The translations under genes and the position numbers were made by a program. Positions 39,048 through 49,200 of a stretch of DNA of 64,000 nucleotides are shown here, piece after piece. Origin of the DNA: an uncultured Acidobacteriaceae bacterium (GTDB taxonomy: Bacteria; Acidobacteriota; Terriglobia; Terriglobales; Acidobacteriaceae). The DNA is taken from assembly GCA_963807075.1 (NCBI GenBank), contig CAWEAO010000018.1, positions 273,555-337,554 on the forward strand, given 5' to 3'. Positions within the stretch are counted from its first letter, which is position 1; each line of letters opens with the position of its first letter. The notes below the pieces were generated by a model, which did not search any database, was not told the origin of the DNA, and saw only the letters and a program-made list of their open reading frames with translations.

Positions 39048-39252
39048 GGATCATCGAGGTCCCCTAAGAGTGCAACAGGCATAGGTCCAAGGATGTATTG
39101 GTTTTCCGGGAATCGGACCTAACCTTTGGATAGAGCAAGTGTTTGTCTTAGGCCTTTGAGTGCGTCTTACGACGCTACCTGACGGTTGTGAAGTGTTTGC
39201 TTCATGATGTCCTTTCGAAAAAAGCCCGCTAATCGGCGGGCTTTCCCTTTTC
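39048..39252 (+). ncRNA. Candidate structured non-coding RNA of unknown family
   Basis: Nested stems CCTAAGA/TCTTAGG and TAGGTCC/GGACCTA, hairpins GCGTC-TTAC-GACGC and TGAAGT/GCTTCA, followed by a terminator; no ORF. Family not recognised. Confidence 0.35.
39218..39252. terminator. Bidirectional intrinsic terminator
   Basis: AAAAAAGCCCGC-TAATCG-GCGGGCTTTCCCTTTT; T-tracts on both strands. Confidence 0.75.
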
Positions 39253-39655
39253 TCACCTAGCCGCTCCTGGGGGCATGTTCGGCAGGGCCGCACAATCACG
39301 ATGCACAGCGCTTCTGTAACGTGCAACGTAAACCCTTTTGCAAAGAATTGTGAGAACTTTTGTTGAGCAGCACCGTCTTGTTAACCAGCCAATATGAGTT
39401 TGGCGCAAACATTGACTCACACTCCATCGAACCCGGTTATCAAGGTAGAGCATCGCGGTGGCGGATCGACGGTACCCCAGCGTCCGATACGCTCGTTTAC
39501 AACGTTGAGTGACCGTTTTTACCAATTCCTCGCGTACCTGATCTCGTTTGTGCTCCGGTGATGTCCTCAAAACAGCCGCTCTCATGACATTACCGGCATT
39601 CGAATGAGGTTACGCGCTGATGCTAACCTGTTCACAGGCCTCTCTTCAGAGATGT

Positions 39656-39732
39656 GGCCCCGTAGCTCAGATGGATAGAGCATCGGTTTCCTAAACCGCA
39701 GGTCGGCTGTTCGAATCAGCCCGGGGTCACCA
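39656..39732 (+). tRNA. tRNA-Arg (anticodon CCT)
   Basis: Acceptor GGCCCCG/CGGGGTC-A-CCA, D arm GCTC..GAGC, anticodon loop TTCCTAA, T arm GGCTG-TTCGAAT-CAGCC; 77 nt with encoded CCA. Confidence 0.95.
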
Positions 39733-39869
39733 GCTTTCCCTTCGTTGAAACTCACCTCATAACAGTTGCTCCGCCAGTCAGGGGCGAGAGAGCTCATGAC
39801 CGCAAATGGATTCCCCTTGTGTTTCTAGGGAAGTCGCGGTAATCTCCCTATGAAACCACAGGGGAGTTG

Positions 39870-40229
39870 ATGGAGAAGGCCCGGCTCGATCTGTTTCGCG
39901 GAACGTTGGACGTATTGATCCTCAAGTCGCTCATCTGGGGTCCGCTGCATGGCTATGCGATTACCGACTTCATTCGCCGGCTTAGCGACGAGGTCTTGCT
40001 GGTGGAAGAGGGGACGCTCTATCCGGCGCTTTGGCGGCTGGAGAGCAGGGAACTGATCGAAGCCGAGTGGGGGCTTTCGGAGAACAATCGCAAAGCCAAG
40101 TACTACCGGCTCACCACCGCGGGTCGGCGACAGCTGCAGCATGAGGCCCGGAATTGGGATGCATATGCGGTGGCCGTGGGCAAGGTGCTGGGTGCAACGC
40201 GCCTGGACTCACCGGGAGATCCTGCATGA
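39870..40229 (+). CDS. PadR family transcriptional regulator (Acidobacterial type)
   Basis: GTLDVLILKSL, LHGYAI, VEEGTLYPALWRLE, SENNRKAKYYRLT. Confidence 0.93.
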   Translation: MEKARLDLFRGTLDVLILKSLIWGPLHGYAITDFIRRLSDEVLLVEEGTLYPALWRLESRELIEAEWGLSENNRKAKYYRLTTAGRRQLQHEARNWDAYAVAVGKVLGATRLDSPGDPA

Positions 40230-42904
40230 GGAAGATTCCCCTTTGGCGACGCTACTCCCGCCTTCTCGGGCCCGATCCCGCAGCCGATGTCACCGATGAG
40301 TTGCGTTTCCATCTGGAGGCCAAGACTGAGGATCTGGTTAACCGGGGATGGTCGCGGGACGAAGCGCGGCGAGAGGCAGAGCGGCAGTTTGGAGATGTCC
40401 GCGCGGTGCAGCAGGTCGGAGAAAGGCTGGGAGAGAAGATGGAACGCCGGAAGCGCTTCAGCGACTACCGCAATGAGTTTGGTCGCGACATCCGCCACAC
40501 CCTGCGCAGCTTCCGCAAAAACTCGGGGTTCGCCGCGATCGCGATTCTTGTGCTGGCCCTGGGTATCGGGGTGAATGCAGCCGTCTTCAGTGTTGTGAAT
40601 ACGCTGCTGCTGCGTCCGTTGCCCTTTCCCGACTCGCAGAGACTCGTCTGGTTCACGGGAGGTAAATCGCTTGCGACCAAGATCCGTGCGTCCGCAGGAC
40701 TCTCGGCACAGACCTATACCGTTGACGCTTACGAGGAATTCAAGCGCAACACGCAGTCATTTCACGCTGTGACCAGCTATCAGACTTTCTATAGTTCGAT
40801 TCAATACAAGCTGACGGGAAGGGGAGAGCCTCAGCAACTGGTGGCCGTCGAGATTGCGGAAAACTTTCTCTCCACGCTCGGTGTTCGACCCGCATTGGGA
40901 CGTGACTTCACCAGGGAAGAGTGCCAGAAAGGTGGACGAGCCGCGGTTATGCTCAGCTACTACTTCTGGAAGAATCAGTTTGCCGCCGACCCCGCCATTG
41001 TGGGCAAAGATGTCATCGTGAACGGAAAGTCGGTGACCGTGGTTGGTGTTCTTCCGGCTAGCTTTGACTTCGGAGCGGTCTTTGCTCCGGGGATGAAGGT
41101 GGATGTTTTTGTCCCGGCCGTTATGGATTTCTGGCGTACGTGGGGAAACACCCTCGCCGTTGTAGGCCGACTGAAACCCGGAGTAAGTGTGGCGCAGGCG
41201 CAGGACGAAGCTGATCGCCTCTTTCCGCACCTCAAAGTTGTCCATCCGGACTGGTATGAAGATTACGCATCCGATCTGACGACACTGAAAGATCACGTGA
41301 GCGGACAACTTCGCCGTTCGCTGGTGGTTTTATGGTCTGCGGTGGGGATGATCCTTCTCATCGTCTGCGTAAATCTGTCGAACCTGCAATTGAGCCGCGC
41401 TGCGACGCGCAGTAAAGAACTCGCCATGCGCCGCGCCCTGGGTGCAAGCCGCAGCCGCGTCATTCGCCAGTTGCTTACCGAGAGCATGGTGCTCTCCATC
41501 GCCGGGGCCGCGCTGGGACTTTGCCTCGCGGCTGCGATTGTGTTTTATCTCGCGCATCAGGCGTCGATTACGTTGCCGCTGCTGACCACGATTCGTCTGG
41601 ACAGCGCGGCACTGGGCTGGACGCTGCTGATTGCGCTGACTGCGGGCATTCTTTTCGGACTGGCGCCTGCGTTCAAACTTTCCGGCGCCGATCTGCAGAC
41701 TGCGCTTAAAGACAATGGAAACGGCATGGCAGCGGGCCGGAGTCACGAACGTTTCCGCGCCACGCTGGTCGTCTCGGAGATTGCACTGGCATGCATTCTG
41801 CTGGTGGGGGCGGGACTTCTGCTGCGGAGTTTTCTGCGCGTCCTCGATGTCGATCTTGGGTTTGAACCGAGCCACGCCGCCTCAATGCAAGTGGATTACG
41901 ACGATGGCGGCAAACTGGAGAACCGGGGACCCATTCTGCAGGAGATGCTGCGACGTGTGTCAGCATTGCCGGGCGTCGATTCCGCGGGTATTTCGGACAT
42001 GCTTCCATTGGATCGGAATCGGACCTGGGGGATCGCGGCTCTGGGTACTTCTTCAAAGGACCGGGATACCCAGGCTTTTGTTTATGTTGTCACCCCGGGC
42101 TACATTCCGACGCTGGGCATGCGTATCCGCGCCGGCCGCGACTTCAACTGGACAGATACCCCGGCGAGCCAGCATGTGGTCATCATCAATGAGGCGGCAG
42201 CGCGCCGCGAATGGCCAGGGCAAAACCCGATCGGGAAAATGGCAGAAGGGATCGAGAAGAATCCAGTGCGCGTGATCGGCGTGATCTCAGACGTACGCGA
42301 GAGCAGTCTTGAAGCGGTCTCAAGCCCTGAAATTTACGTTCCCATGACCCAAAATGCGGATGCGGAGGGCGCTACGCTCGTTGTCCGCAGTCGAGTCTCG
42401 CCGGAGTCCCTGGCTTCGAGCGTCCTTACGACTCTTCGTTCGCTTAATCCGGGCCAGCCGGCGGCGGAGTTCAGACCACTGCAGATGCTGGTGGACCATG
42501 CAGTGTCGCCGCGCAGGTTCTTTGTTCTTCTTGTCACTATCTTTGCGGGGCTTGGAGTGCTTTTGGCAGCGCTGGGAATTTACGGTGTCATCTCTTATTC
42601 CGTTACCCAGAAGACACAGGAGATCGGGGTGCGCATGGCCCTTGGCGCGACTGCCGGCCGGGTGCTTCGAGATGTGATGACCGGTACTTTGCGCCTGACT
42701 CTGGCCGGCATCGCTCTGGGCACGGTGGCATCGCTGGTTGTCGCTCGTCTGATTGCGTCCCTTCTGTTTTCAACGTCGCCCTGGGACATGCGAACGTTTC
42801 TGGCTATGGTGGCCGCGCTGCTTACAGTCGCACTCATAGCCGGATATGTTCCAGCACGCCGGGCTTCTCGCGTCAGTCCGATGAGCGCTCTTCGCAACAA
42901 TTAG
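40226..42904 (+). CDS. ABC transporter permease, duplicated MacB/FtsX type (ADOP-like)
   Basis: ATGA overlap with padR; DELRFHLE, LALGIGVNAAVFSVVN, ELAMRRALGASR, SEIALACILLVGAGLLLRSF, QEIGVRMALGA, PARRAS. Confidence 0.92.
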   Translation: MRKIPLWRRYSRLLGPDPAADVTDELRFHLEAKTEDLVNRGWSRDEARREAERQFGDVRAVQQVGERLGEKMERRKRFSDYRNEFGRDIRHTLRSFRKNSGFAAIAILVLALGIGVNAAVFSVVNTLLLRPLPFPDSQRLVWFTGGKSLATKIRASAGLSAQTYTVDAYEEFKRNTQSFHAVTSYQTFYSSIQYKLTGRGEPQQLVAVEIAENFLSTLGVRPALGRDFTREECQKGGRAAVMLSYYFWKNQFAADPAIVGKDVIVNGKSVTVVGVLPASFDFGAVFAPGMKVDVFVPAVMDFWRTWGNTLAVVGRLKPGVSVAQAQDEADRLFPHLKVVHPDWYEDYASDLTTLKDHVSGQLRRSLVVLWSAVGMILLIVCVNLSNLQLSRAATRSKELAMRRALGASRSRVIRQLLTESMVLSIAGAALGLCLAAAIVFYLAHQASITLPLLTTIRLDSAALGWTLLIALTAGILFGLAPAFKLSGADLQTALKDNGNGMAAGRSHERFRATLVVSEIALACILLVGAGLLLRSFLRVLDVDLGFEPSHAASMQVDYDDGGKLENRGPILQEMLRRVSALPGVDSAGISDMLPLDRNRTWGIAALGTSSKDRDTQAFVYVVTPGYIPTLGMRIRAGRDFNWTDTPASQHVVIINEAAARREWPGQNPIGKMAEGIEKNPVRVIGVISDVRESSLEAVSSPEIYVPMTQNADAEGATLVVRSRVSPESLASSVLTTLRSLNPGQPAAEFRPLQMLVDHAVSPRRFFVLLVTIFAGLGVLLAALGIYGVISYSVTQKTQEIGVRMALGATAGRVLRDVMTGTLRLTLAGIALGTVASLVVARLIASLLFSTSPWDMRTFLAMVAALLTVALIAGYVPARRASRVSPMSALRNN

Positions 42905-42941
42905 GGCACCCATTCAACCGCCGGAATTTGAACAGGCGGTT

Positions 42942-42970
42942 TTGACTTCATGCGGGTCGGCCTTTATAAA
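42942..42970 (+). promoter_or_regulatory. Sigma70-type promoter for riboswitch/receptor transcript
   Basis: TTGACT-N17-TATAAA. Confidence 0.6.
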
Positions 42971-43039
42971 TGTTCATGTCATTGAAACTCATTTCATGAC
43001 TACCTCTCCGCTCAATTTCGAGCGAGCGAGGCTATAACC

Positions 43040-43300
43040 GCAATCGTCAGGATGCTCGGGAAGGCGGTGAAAGTCCGCCACTGCCCCGCAACTGTGAGCG
43101 CCCCCTGTTCGGCTTTCGTCGAACGAGGAAACCAGCCAGAGTCCTCTTGCCGCGTTTGGCGAGGGCCCTGAAAAAACCACTGGAGCAGCCCTGCGCCACG
43201 GCGCAGCATGGCTCCGGGAAGGTGGCTGAATGCCACCCCAATGACGAAGATCCGTCGTTGGGGGATCCGGCGAGGCGCAAGTCAGGAGACCGGTCCTGTG
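43040..43300 (+). promoter_or_regulatory. Cobalamin (AdoCbl) riboswitch
   Basis: GGGAA-GGCGGTGAAAGTCCGCC-ACTGCCCCGCAACTGT, CCACTGG, GGGAAGG, AAGTCAGGAGACCGG; closing CAGG/CCTG; upstream of a TonB receptor. Confidence 0.95.
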
Positions 43301-43342
43301 CGCTCAACCAGCTTGCGTTCCGAGGGGAACGGAGGAGCCATC

Positions 43343-45841
43343 ATGTCATTTCGTACGGTTCATCGCTTATTTTCCGGTCGTCTTCTTGCCCGCGGTGCGT
43401 GGGTCACCACCCTGCTTTGCGTCTTTGCGATTGCGGGGCACGCCGCGTCGATTCGCGGGGTGGTCGCAGATGCGTCTGGCGCGCGGATCAGCGGCGCAAC
43501 GGTGGATCTGGTCTCCAATGGATCGGTTGTGGGGTCGGCAGTCTCCGGGGCGGATGGAAGTTTTCAGATTATGACCGGTCAGCGCGGCCGGTTCTTCCTT
43601 GTGGTTTCGGCCACCAAGTTTCGCCAACTGGAGACGCCGGGTTTCTATGCGGGACAGCTCGACAGCATTGAGCGGAATATCGTGCTGGAGCCCGAGTGGG
43701 TGCACGAGTCGATCGTAGTCACGGCGACTGGAACGCCGACGCCACAACCGCAGACCGGCGCGGCGACCAGCGTGATTGGCCCGACCGAACTGGAGCTAGC
43801 CCAGGACATGGTGAGCTTGCTCAGGCTGATGCCCGGAACGTTTGTGACGCAGTCAGGCCAGCGGGGTGCACAGAGTTCTTTATTTGTGCGCGGGGGCGAT
43901 TCTGACGGGAACCTGGTGCAGATGAATGGCGTGAATGCCACTGACATGGGTGGGCGATTCGACTTCGGGCCGCTTTCGACCACGGGAATGGAACGGAGCG
44001 AGATCTATCGCGGGCCGAACTCGAACCTCTACGGAGCAGGCGCCGAGAGCAGCGTGGTCAGCGCGACAACCGCTCATGGAACCACGAGCTTTCCCTCGCT
44101 GATTTTTCACGGAGACTGGGGAAACTTTGAGAGCTCACGGGAAGAACTGGAGGCGGCCGGCACGTTCGGAAAGCTTGATTACCTGGGCGCCTACAGCTGG
44201 CAGCAGACTGCGAACGACCTGCCGAACGACGAATACCACGTGGGAACTGCGGTGGCGAATGTGGGTTTCGCGCCGACCGGGTCGACACAGATTCGCGGCA
44301 CGCTGTACTACGGGGTCGATGGGACGGGCGTGCCGGGAACGTGGGAGTTTTATCACCTGGCGAACAGCGCGACGGAGAAAGACCAGGACCTTTACATCGG
44401 CGCGTCAATCGACAACCAGACCACCGCAGATTTTCACAACATGGTGCGGTACGGCGCGACGCGCAAGCGGGAGCAGTACAACCTGTGGGAACAGACAGGC
44501 TCGGGAATCTTCGACGCCTATGGCAACAGCTTTGGAGACCTGGTGACGATTACCGGAGCGAATGGCTACTCGGTAACCGGTCGAGCGCTGATGGATTTTG
44601 CGGGAACGTATCCGCAGGGGTACCAGCTCTTCTCAAACCGCGATGCGTTGGTGTACCAGGGCGATTACGCGTTTACGCCCCACCTGACGGCGCAAATCGG
44701 GTTTGGATATGAAAACGAGCGTTACACCGGCGAGATCAATCGCACGAATTATGACTACCGCGCAGCGGTGCACGGCGATTTCAAGAACCGTCTCTTCTAT
44801 ACCCTTGGCGGGGACTTGGAGCACTACTCGCTTTTCGGCGTTCAGACGACGCCGCGCGCTGCCTTCTCGTTATACGTGTTTCGGCCGCGCAACGGAGTGC
44901 TGAGCGGGACGCGTGTGATGTTCAACTTCGGCGATGCGGTGCGCGAGCCTTCGGGGCCAGACCAGCTTTACTCGCTCTATAGCTTTCTTGAGCAGAACCC
45001 TCCGGATGGCCCGGCGACGATTCAGCAGATGCATATTTCGCCGATCAGCGCGCCGACCGCGCGGACGTATGAAGGCGGGCTGGAGCAGGCGTTCTTCAGC
45101 GAGCGCCTGATGTTCAGGACGAGCTTCTTCCACAATGAGTTCGGAAAGCAAATCGAGTACGTGGGGCTGAATTTGATACCGGAGCTGTTGCCGAACTTGA
45201 CGCCGGAGCAGCAGCAGCAGCTTGCCCAGCAACTGCAGGCGGACGGAGCGTATGAGCTGACGCTGAACACCCAGGCCTACCGCGCGATGGGAGTCGAAGC
45301 CACGGTGGAGAGCGGGATCGGCCGGTACATCTTTCTGCGCGGCGGGTACACCTATCTGGATTCTGTGATTCAGCGGTCGTATACCAATGACGACGTGGAA
45401 CTGCTGGGGCCGGTTCCGACCTATGACGGCATTCCGGTTGGGCCTGATTCGCCGCTGGTGGGAGCTCGGCCGTTCCGGCGGCCTCCGCACACTGGATTTT
45501 TCACGGCCAGCTATTCGCAGGGCAGGGCGACGCTGCTTTTGAATTCGGCTTTCGTGAGCCGGTCAGACGATTCGGACTTTCTGGGTGGTTTCGACATCAA
45601 TGGAGGCAACAGCCTTCTGCTGCCGAATCGCAACCTCGACCACGGGTACGCGAAGGTCGACCTGGGCGGCAGTTTTCGCCTTCGGGACTGGCTCGGCGTG
45701 TACGGGCAGGTCGAGAATCTGACCAACAACCAGCACATTGCTCCGATAGGCTACGTGAGCCTGCCGACAAGCGTGCGTCTGGGGTTGAAGCTGCAGTGGG
45801 GCAGGGAGAAGGCGAACGTTGTGCCTTCGGCGCAAAAATAA
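43343..45841 (+). CDS. TonB-dependent receptor, probable cobalamin transporter (BtuB-like)
   Basis: GGAGG RBS; ESIVVTATGTPT, SLFVRGGDSDGN, EIYRGPNSNLYGAGA, PFRRPPH, ENLTNNQ; riboswitch upstream. Confidence 0.88.
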   Translation: MSFRTVHRLFSGRLLARGAWVTTLLCVFAIAGHAASIRGVVADASGARISGATVDLVSNGSVVGSAVSGADGSFQIMTGQRGRFFLVVSATKFRQLETPGFYAGQLDSIERNIVLEPEWVHESIVVTATGTPTPQPQTGAATSVIGPTELELAQDMVSLLRLMPGTFVTQSGQRGAQSSLFVRGGDSDGNLVQMNGVNATDMGGRFDFGPLSTTGMERSEIYRGPNSNLYGAGAESSVVSATTAHGTTSFPSLIFHGDWGNFESSREELEAAGTFGKLDYLGAYSWQQTANDLPNDEYHVGTAVANVGFAPTGSTQIRGTLYYGVDGTGVPGTWEFYHLANSATEKDQDLYIGASIDNQTTADFHNMVRYGATRKREQYNLWEQTGSGIFDAYGNSFGDLVTITGANGYSVTGRALMDFAGTYPQGYQLFSNRDALVYQGDYAFTPHLTAQIGFGYENERYTGEINRTNYDYRAAVHGDFKNRLFYTLGGDLEHYSLFGVQTTPRAAFSLYVFRPRNGVLSGTRVMFNFGDAVREPSGPDQLYSLYSFLEQNPPDGPATIQQMHISPISAPTARTYEGGLEQAFFSERLMFRTSFFHNEFGKQIEYVGLNLIPELLPNLTPEQQQQLAQQLQADGAYELTLNTQAYRAMGVEATVESGIGRYIFLRGGYTYLDSVIQRSYTNDDVELLGPVPTYDGIPVGPDSPLVGARPFRRPPHTGFFTASYSQGRATLLLNSAFVSRSDDSDFLGGFDINGGNSLLLPNRNLDHGYAKVDLGGSFRLRDWLGVYGQVENLTNNQHIAPIGYVSLPTSVRLGLKLQWGREKANVVPSAQK

Positions 45842-46216
45842 GGTGGCGCGCTCCGGCTCGTTTCCATGCGGTGCACAATGGTCGGTGCATTCATCAGAGG
45901 CTAAAAGCCATCCTCTCAGGCGATTTGGGGCACGGGACCCCTTTTGCGCCGACCTGCGCTCTTTCAGATCTGAAGGCAGAATTGCATCAGGTTCTTGACG
46001 CCCTTTTCCACAGGAGAGGTCTTGAATACTCGGTTGTCATGAGAATTTCTCTTGGGAAAACCGGGGCACCTGTCACAAACTATTCCTAATCTGATCTTCC
46101 TCTCACTCATAATTCCAACTCGCCAGGCAATTCCGAGAACGGGCCCGTAGCGGAATCCGTAGTGCCGCTATCCCCAAAACTGAAGAAGCGAAAACAACTT
46201 TCGCCGTGAGGAGCAT

Positions 46217-49200
46217 ATGAATCGACCTTTCTGGAGGAGTGCCGCTCAGTATGGTTTGTTGTGTTTGACTGTCCTTATTTGTTCACCGCATGGACTGGGC
46301 CAGCAGACCTTGGGATCACTGAATGGAACAGTCGTTGATTCGTCGGGAGCCGCAGTGCCGGGCGCAACCGTCGCCGTCACAAATTCGGCGATCAATTACT
46401 CAACCATCACCACCACTTCAAGCACCGGGTTTTACCAGGTGTTCAACCTGCCCATCGGCACCTATTCGGTAAAAGTCAGCCACGCAGGGTTCGAGACAAC
46501 GCAGTACAAGGGAATTGCAGTTCAGGAAGCCCGCGCGACCACCCTCAATTCGACATTGAAGGTCGGGCAGGTCTCCGAGTCGATTGAGGTCACCGCAACT
46601 CCACTGCTGAATGCAACGGATGCGACCAACGGCTACACGCTCGATAGCGCGCAGATCGACATGACGCCGCTGGCGACGGGCAGCTTTACACAAGTCGCGG
46701 TGCTGTCTCCGGGCGTGAATGCTGAACTGCTATCGAATTTGGATTCCAACTCGGGATTGGGTAATCAACCCATCTGGGCGAATGGCCAGCGCGATACGTC
46801 CAACACCTTCCAGGTGAATGGAGTCGACTCGACCAACCTGTTCAATGGCAAGAGTTCCTCAGGCGCAAACTCGCAGCGTTACAACTTCAATATCGGCAGT
46901 GCTCCCACTGTCGGCGGATCGTTCTCTGTCGGTACATCGGTGTATGGCTCAAACGGCAACAGCCTGCCCTCTCCTCCGCCAGAGTTCACGCAGGAGCTGC
47001 GTGTGAATGTCTCCATGTACGATGCGCAGCAGGGCGCCACCAGCGGCGCGCAGATCGACGTCAGCACCAGCACCGGCACCAATGACTGGCACGGCCAGCT
47101 CTACGGCTCCTATGCCAACAATATGATGAACGCCTCGCCCTTCTTCTTTAATCAGGCGTATCAACTGACCCAGCAGGGAATCGGGGTCTTCCCGCGATCG
47201 ATGGTCAACCCCTGGCTTCGCCGCTGGAGCACGGGTATCACGGCAGGCGGTCCAATAATCAAGAACAAGCTCTTCTTTTTCGCGGCTTACCAGCTCCGCG
47301 TAAATGAAGATAATGCTACGGGATTGTCGACAATGACGGTTCCCAGCGGCCTGACCGATGACCGCAGCTCCGCTGGGCTTGAAGCTGCCGATCTTTCATG
47401 GGGAGGGAAGGGGAACGTCCCCATCGATCCGATTGCATCCACACTGTTGAACGCCAAACTGCCGAATGGCGACTACATGATTCCCTCGGCCCAGTCCAGC
47501 GCACCCTACGAATATGGCGTGCCGAATGTGTTCCTGATTGGAACCGCACGGTTGAATTCTGATCAGGCCAATGTTGCGCTCGACTACGATGCCACCCAGA
47601 AAGATCGCATTTCGGCGAAGTACTTCTATCAGAACGCGCCGGTTACTCGTCCCTTCGGTTTCTCGCAAGCGCCCGGCTTCCCGGTTACGCAGCACAACGG
47701 TTCGCAGGTTTTTTCGCTTGATAACACAATCTCTATCAGCCCGCGGTTGAACTGGGAACAGCGCCTTGGATTTGTCCGCATGGGTTCGTTCAGCAACTAT
47801 CAGCAGACGGTTCCGGGGGGCAACATGGGCGTCTCAGGCGAGCAGACAACTGGCCTGACCCCAAATGTTTTGCCCGGTTTGCAGATCAACAACTTCGGCT
47901 ACTTTGACCAGTCTTCGCCGAATCTCTACGTGGGCCCGGCCGGCGTACCCGGCGCTTTTGTAAACATGGGCTACTATCAGAACCGTGTGAACCCCTCAAC
48001 GAACCTCATCTTTACGACGGGCAAGCACACCATTGTCGCAGGTGGCGGATATAGTTACACGCAGCTGAATATCACCAATAACCGCACAGGTCATGCCCAG
48101 CTCACGGTAAGTGGTTTTGACAATTTCCTTCAGGGGACCGTAAAAAGCGCGAGTGTTCTCCAAAGTATCGATACAACCACGAACCGCAACAATGCCAATC
48201 GGTACTACCGCACCAATGAATTCAACGGCTATGTGCAGGACAAGTGGCAGCTTCTGAGCAACCTCAGCATCACGGCCGGGGTTCGCTATGACTACCACGG
48301 CGGCATGACGGAAAAGTACGGCGACATGTTCAACTTCGATCCCGCGTTATACGACGTGACCGGTACCTCGACAACGGGATTCAACGTAGTTAATTCCGGA
48401 TTCGTCATCGCCGGCAACAACAAGCAGAACCCGAGTAAGGGCGTTTCGGCGTCAACCCTGGAAGGGCGCCAGTGGGGCTTCTCGCCTCGCGTCGGCTTTG
48501 CCTGGTCTCCCAAGGCCATGAACAACAAACTGGTAATCAGTGGCGGCGGCGGTTTGTACTACGACCGCGGCGAACTGTTCACCTATCTCTCCCAACCGGC
48601 AGGCAGTTCCATCGGTGGCCCCTTTGGTGTAACTGAATCCTCCCCCTTGGTCAGTCTCGCACAATCGAATTCGTCTAGCGGAAGTCTGACTCTGGGAAAT
48701 CCTTTGGGAGACCTGGCTTTCAGTACTCCAGCACAGGGTGGCTTCTACACGCCGCCAAGTTCAGACCCAGGTGTGGTTGGCCAGGCTCTGCAGGCCCAGC
48801 TGAACCAGATGACCGGATCGCCCAGCGGGTATTTCGCTCAATTTGGTAAAAACTGCAGCGGCTGGCAAAGTCAGGAAGGATACTTCCTCTGCACCACGCC
48901 ACTGAACTTTGGCATTTACGACAAGAATAACGTTCTGCCTTACACAATCAACTACACCCTGAATGTGCAATGGCAGCCGACGAATACGGTGGCAGTCTCG
49001 ATTGGATACACGGGCAACCGTGGTCGCCATGCTGTGATTCCGATTCCGATCAATGAGCCCGGCATCGCAACTCCGACGAATCCGATCTGGGGCGAGACGG
49101 CGTCGTATGGCATGGACGTCTTGAACCAGAACTCGGAGGACTGCGGATACGATTACTGCCCGATTGCGGTTGAACCATGGAACACGTTCGACGCGGGCAA

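Noticed and set aside
39048-39600. tmRNA, RNase P RNA or SRP RNA
   Set aside because: Their conserved signatures (tRNA-like ends, GAGGAAAGTCC, TCAGG..GGAAG..AGCAG loop) are absent.
43208-43342. N-terminal extension of the B12 receptor
   Set aside because: Overlaps the riboswitch; ATG 43343 has a GGAGG RBS and a signal peptide.
39656-45900. Integrative element or prophage at tRNA-Arg(CCT)
   Set aside because: No integrase, phage genes or duplicated tRNA 3' end seen in the window.
45850-46216. Possible small gene or riboswitch before the third TonB receptor
   Set aside because: Only weak ORFs and a REP-like GGCTAAAAGCC fragment; no convincing structure.
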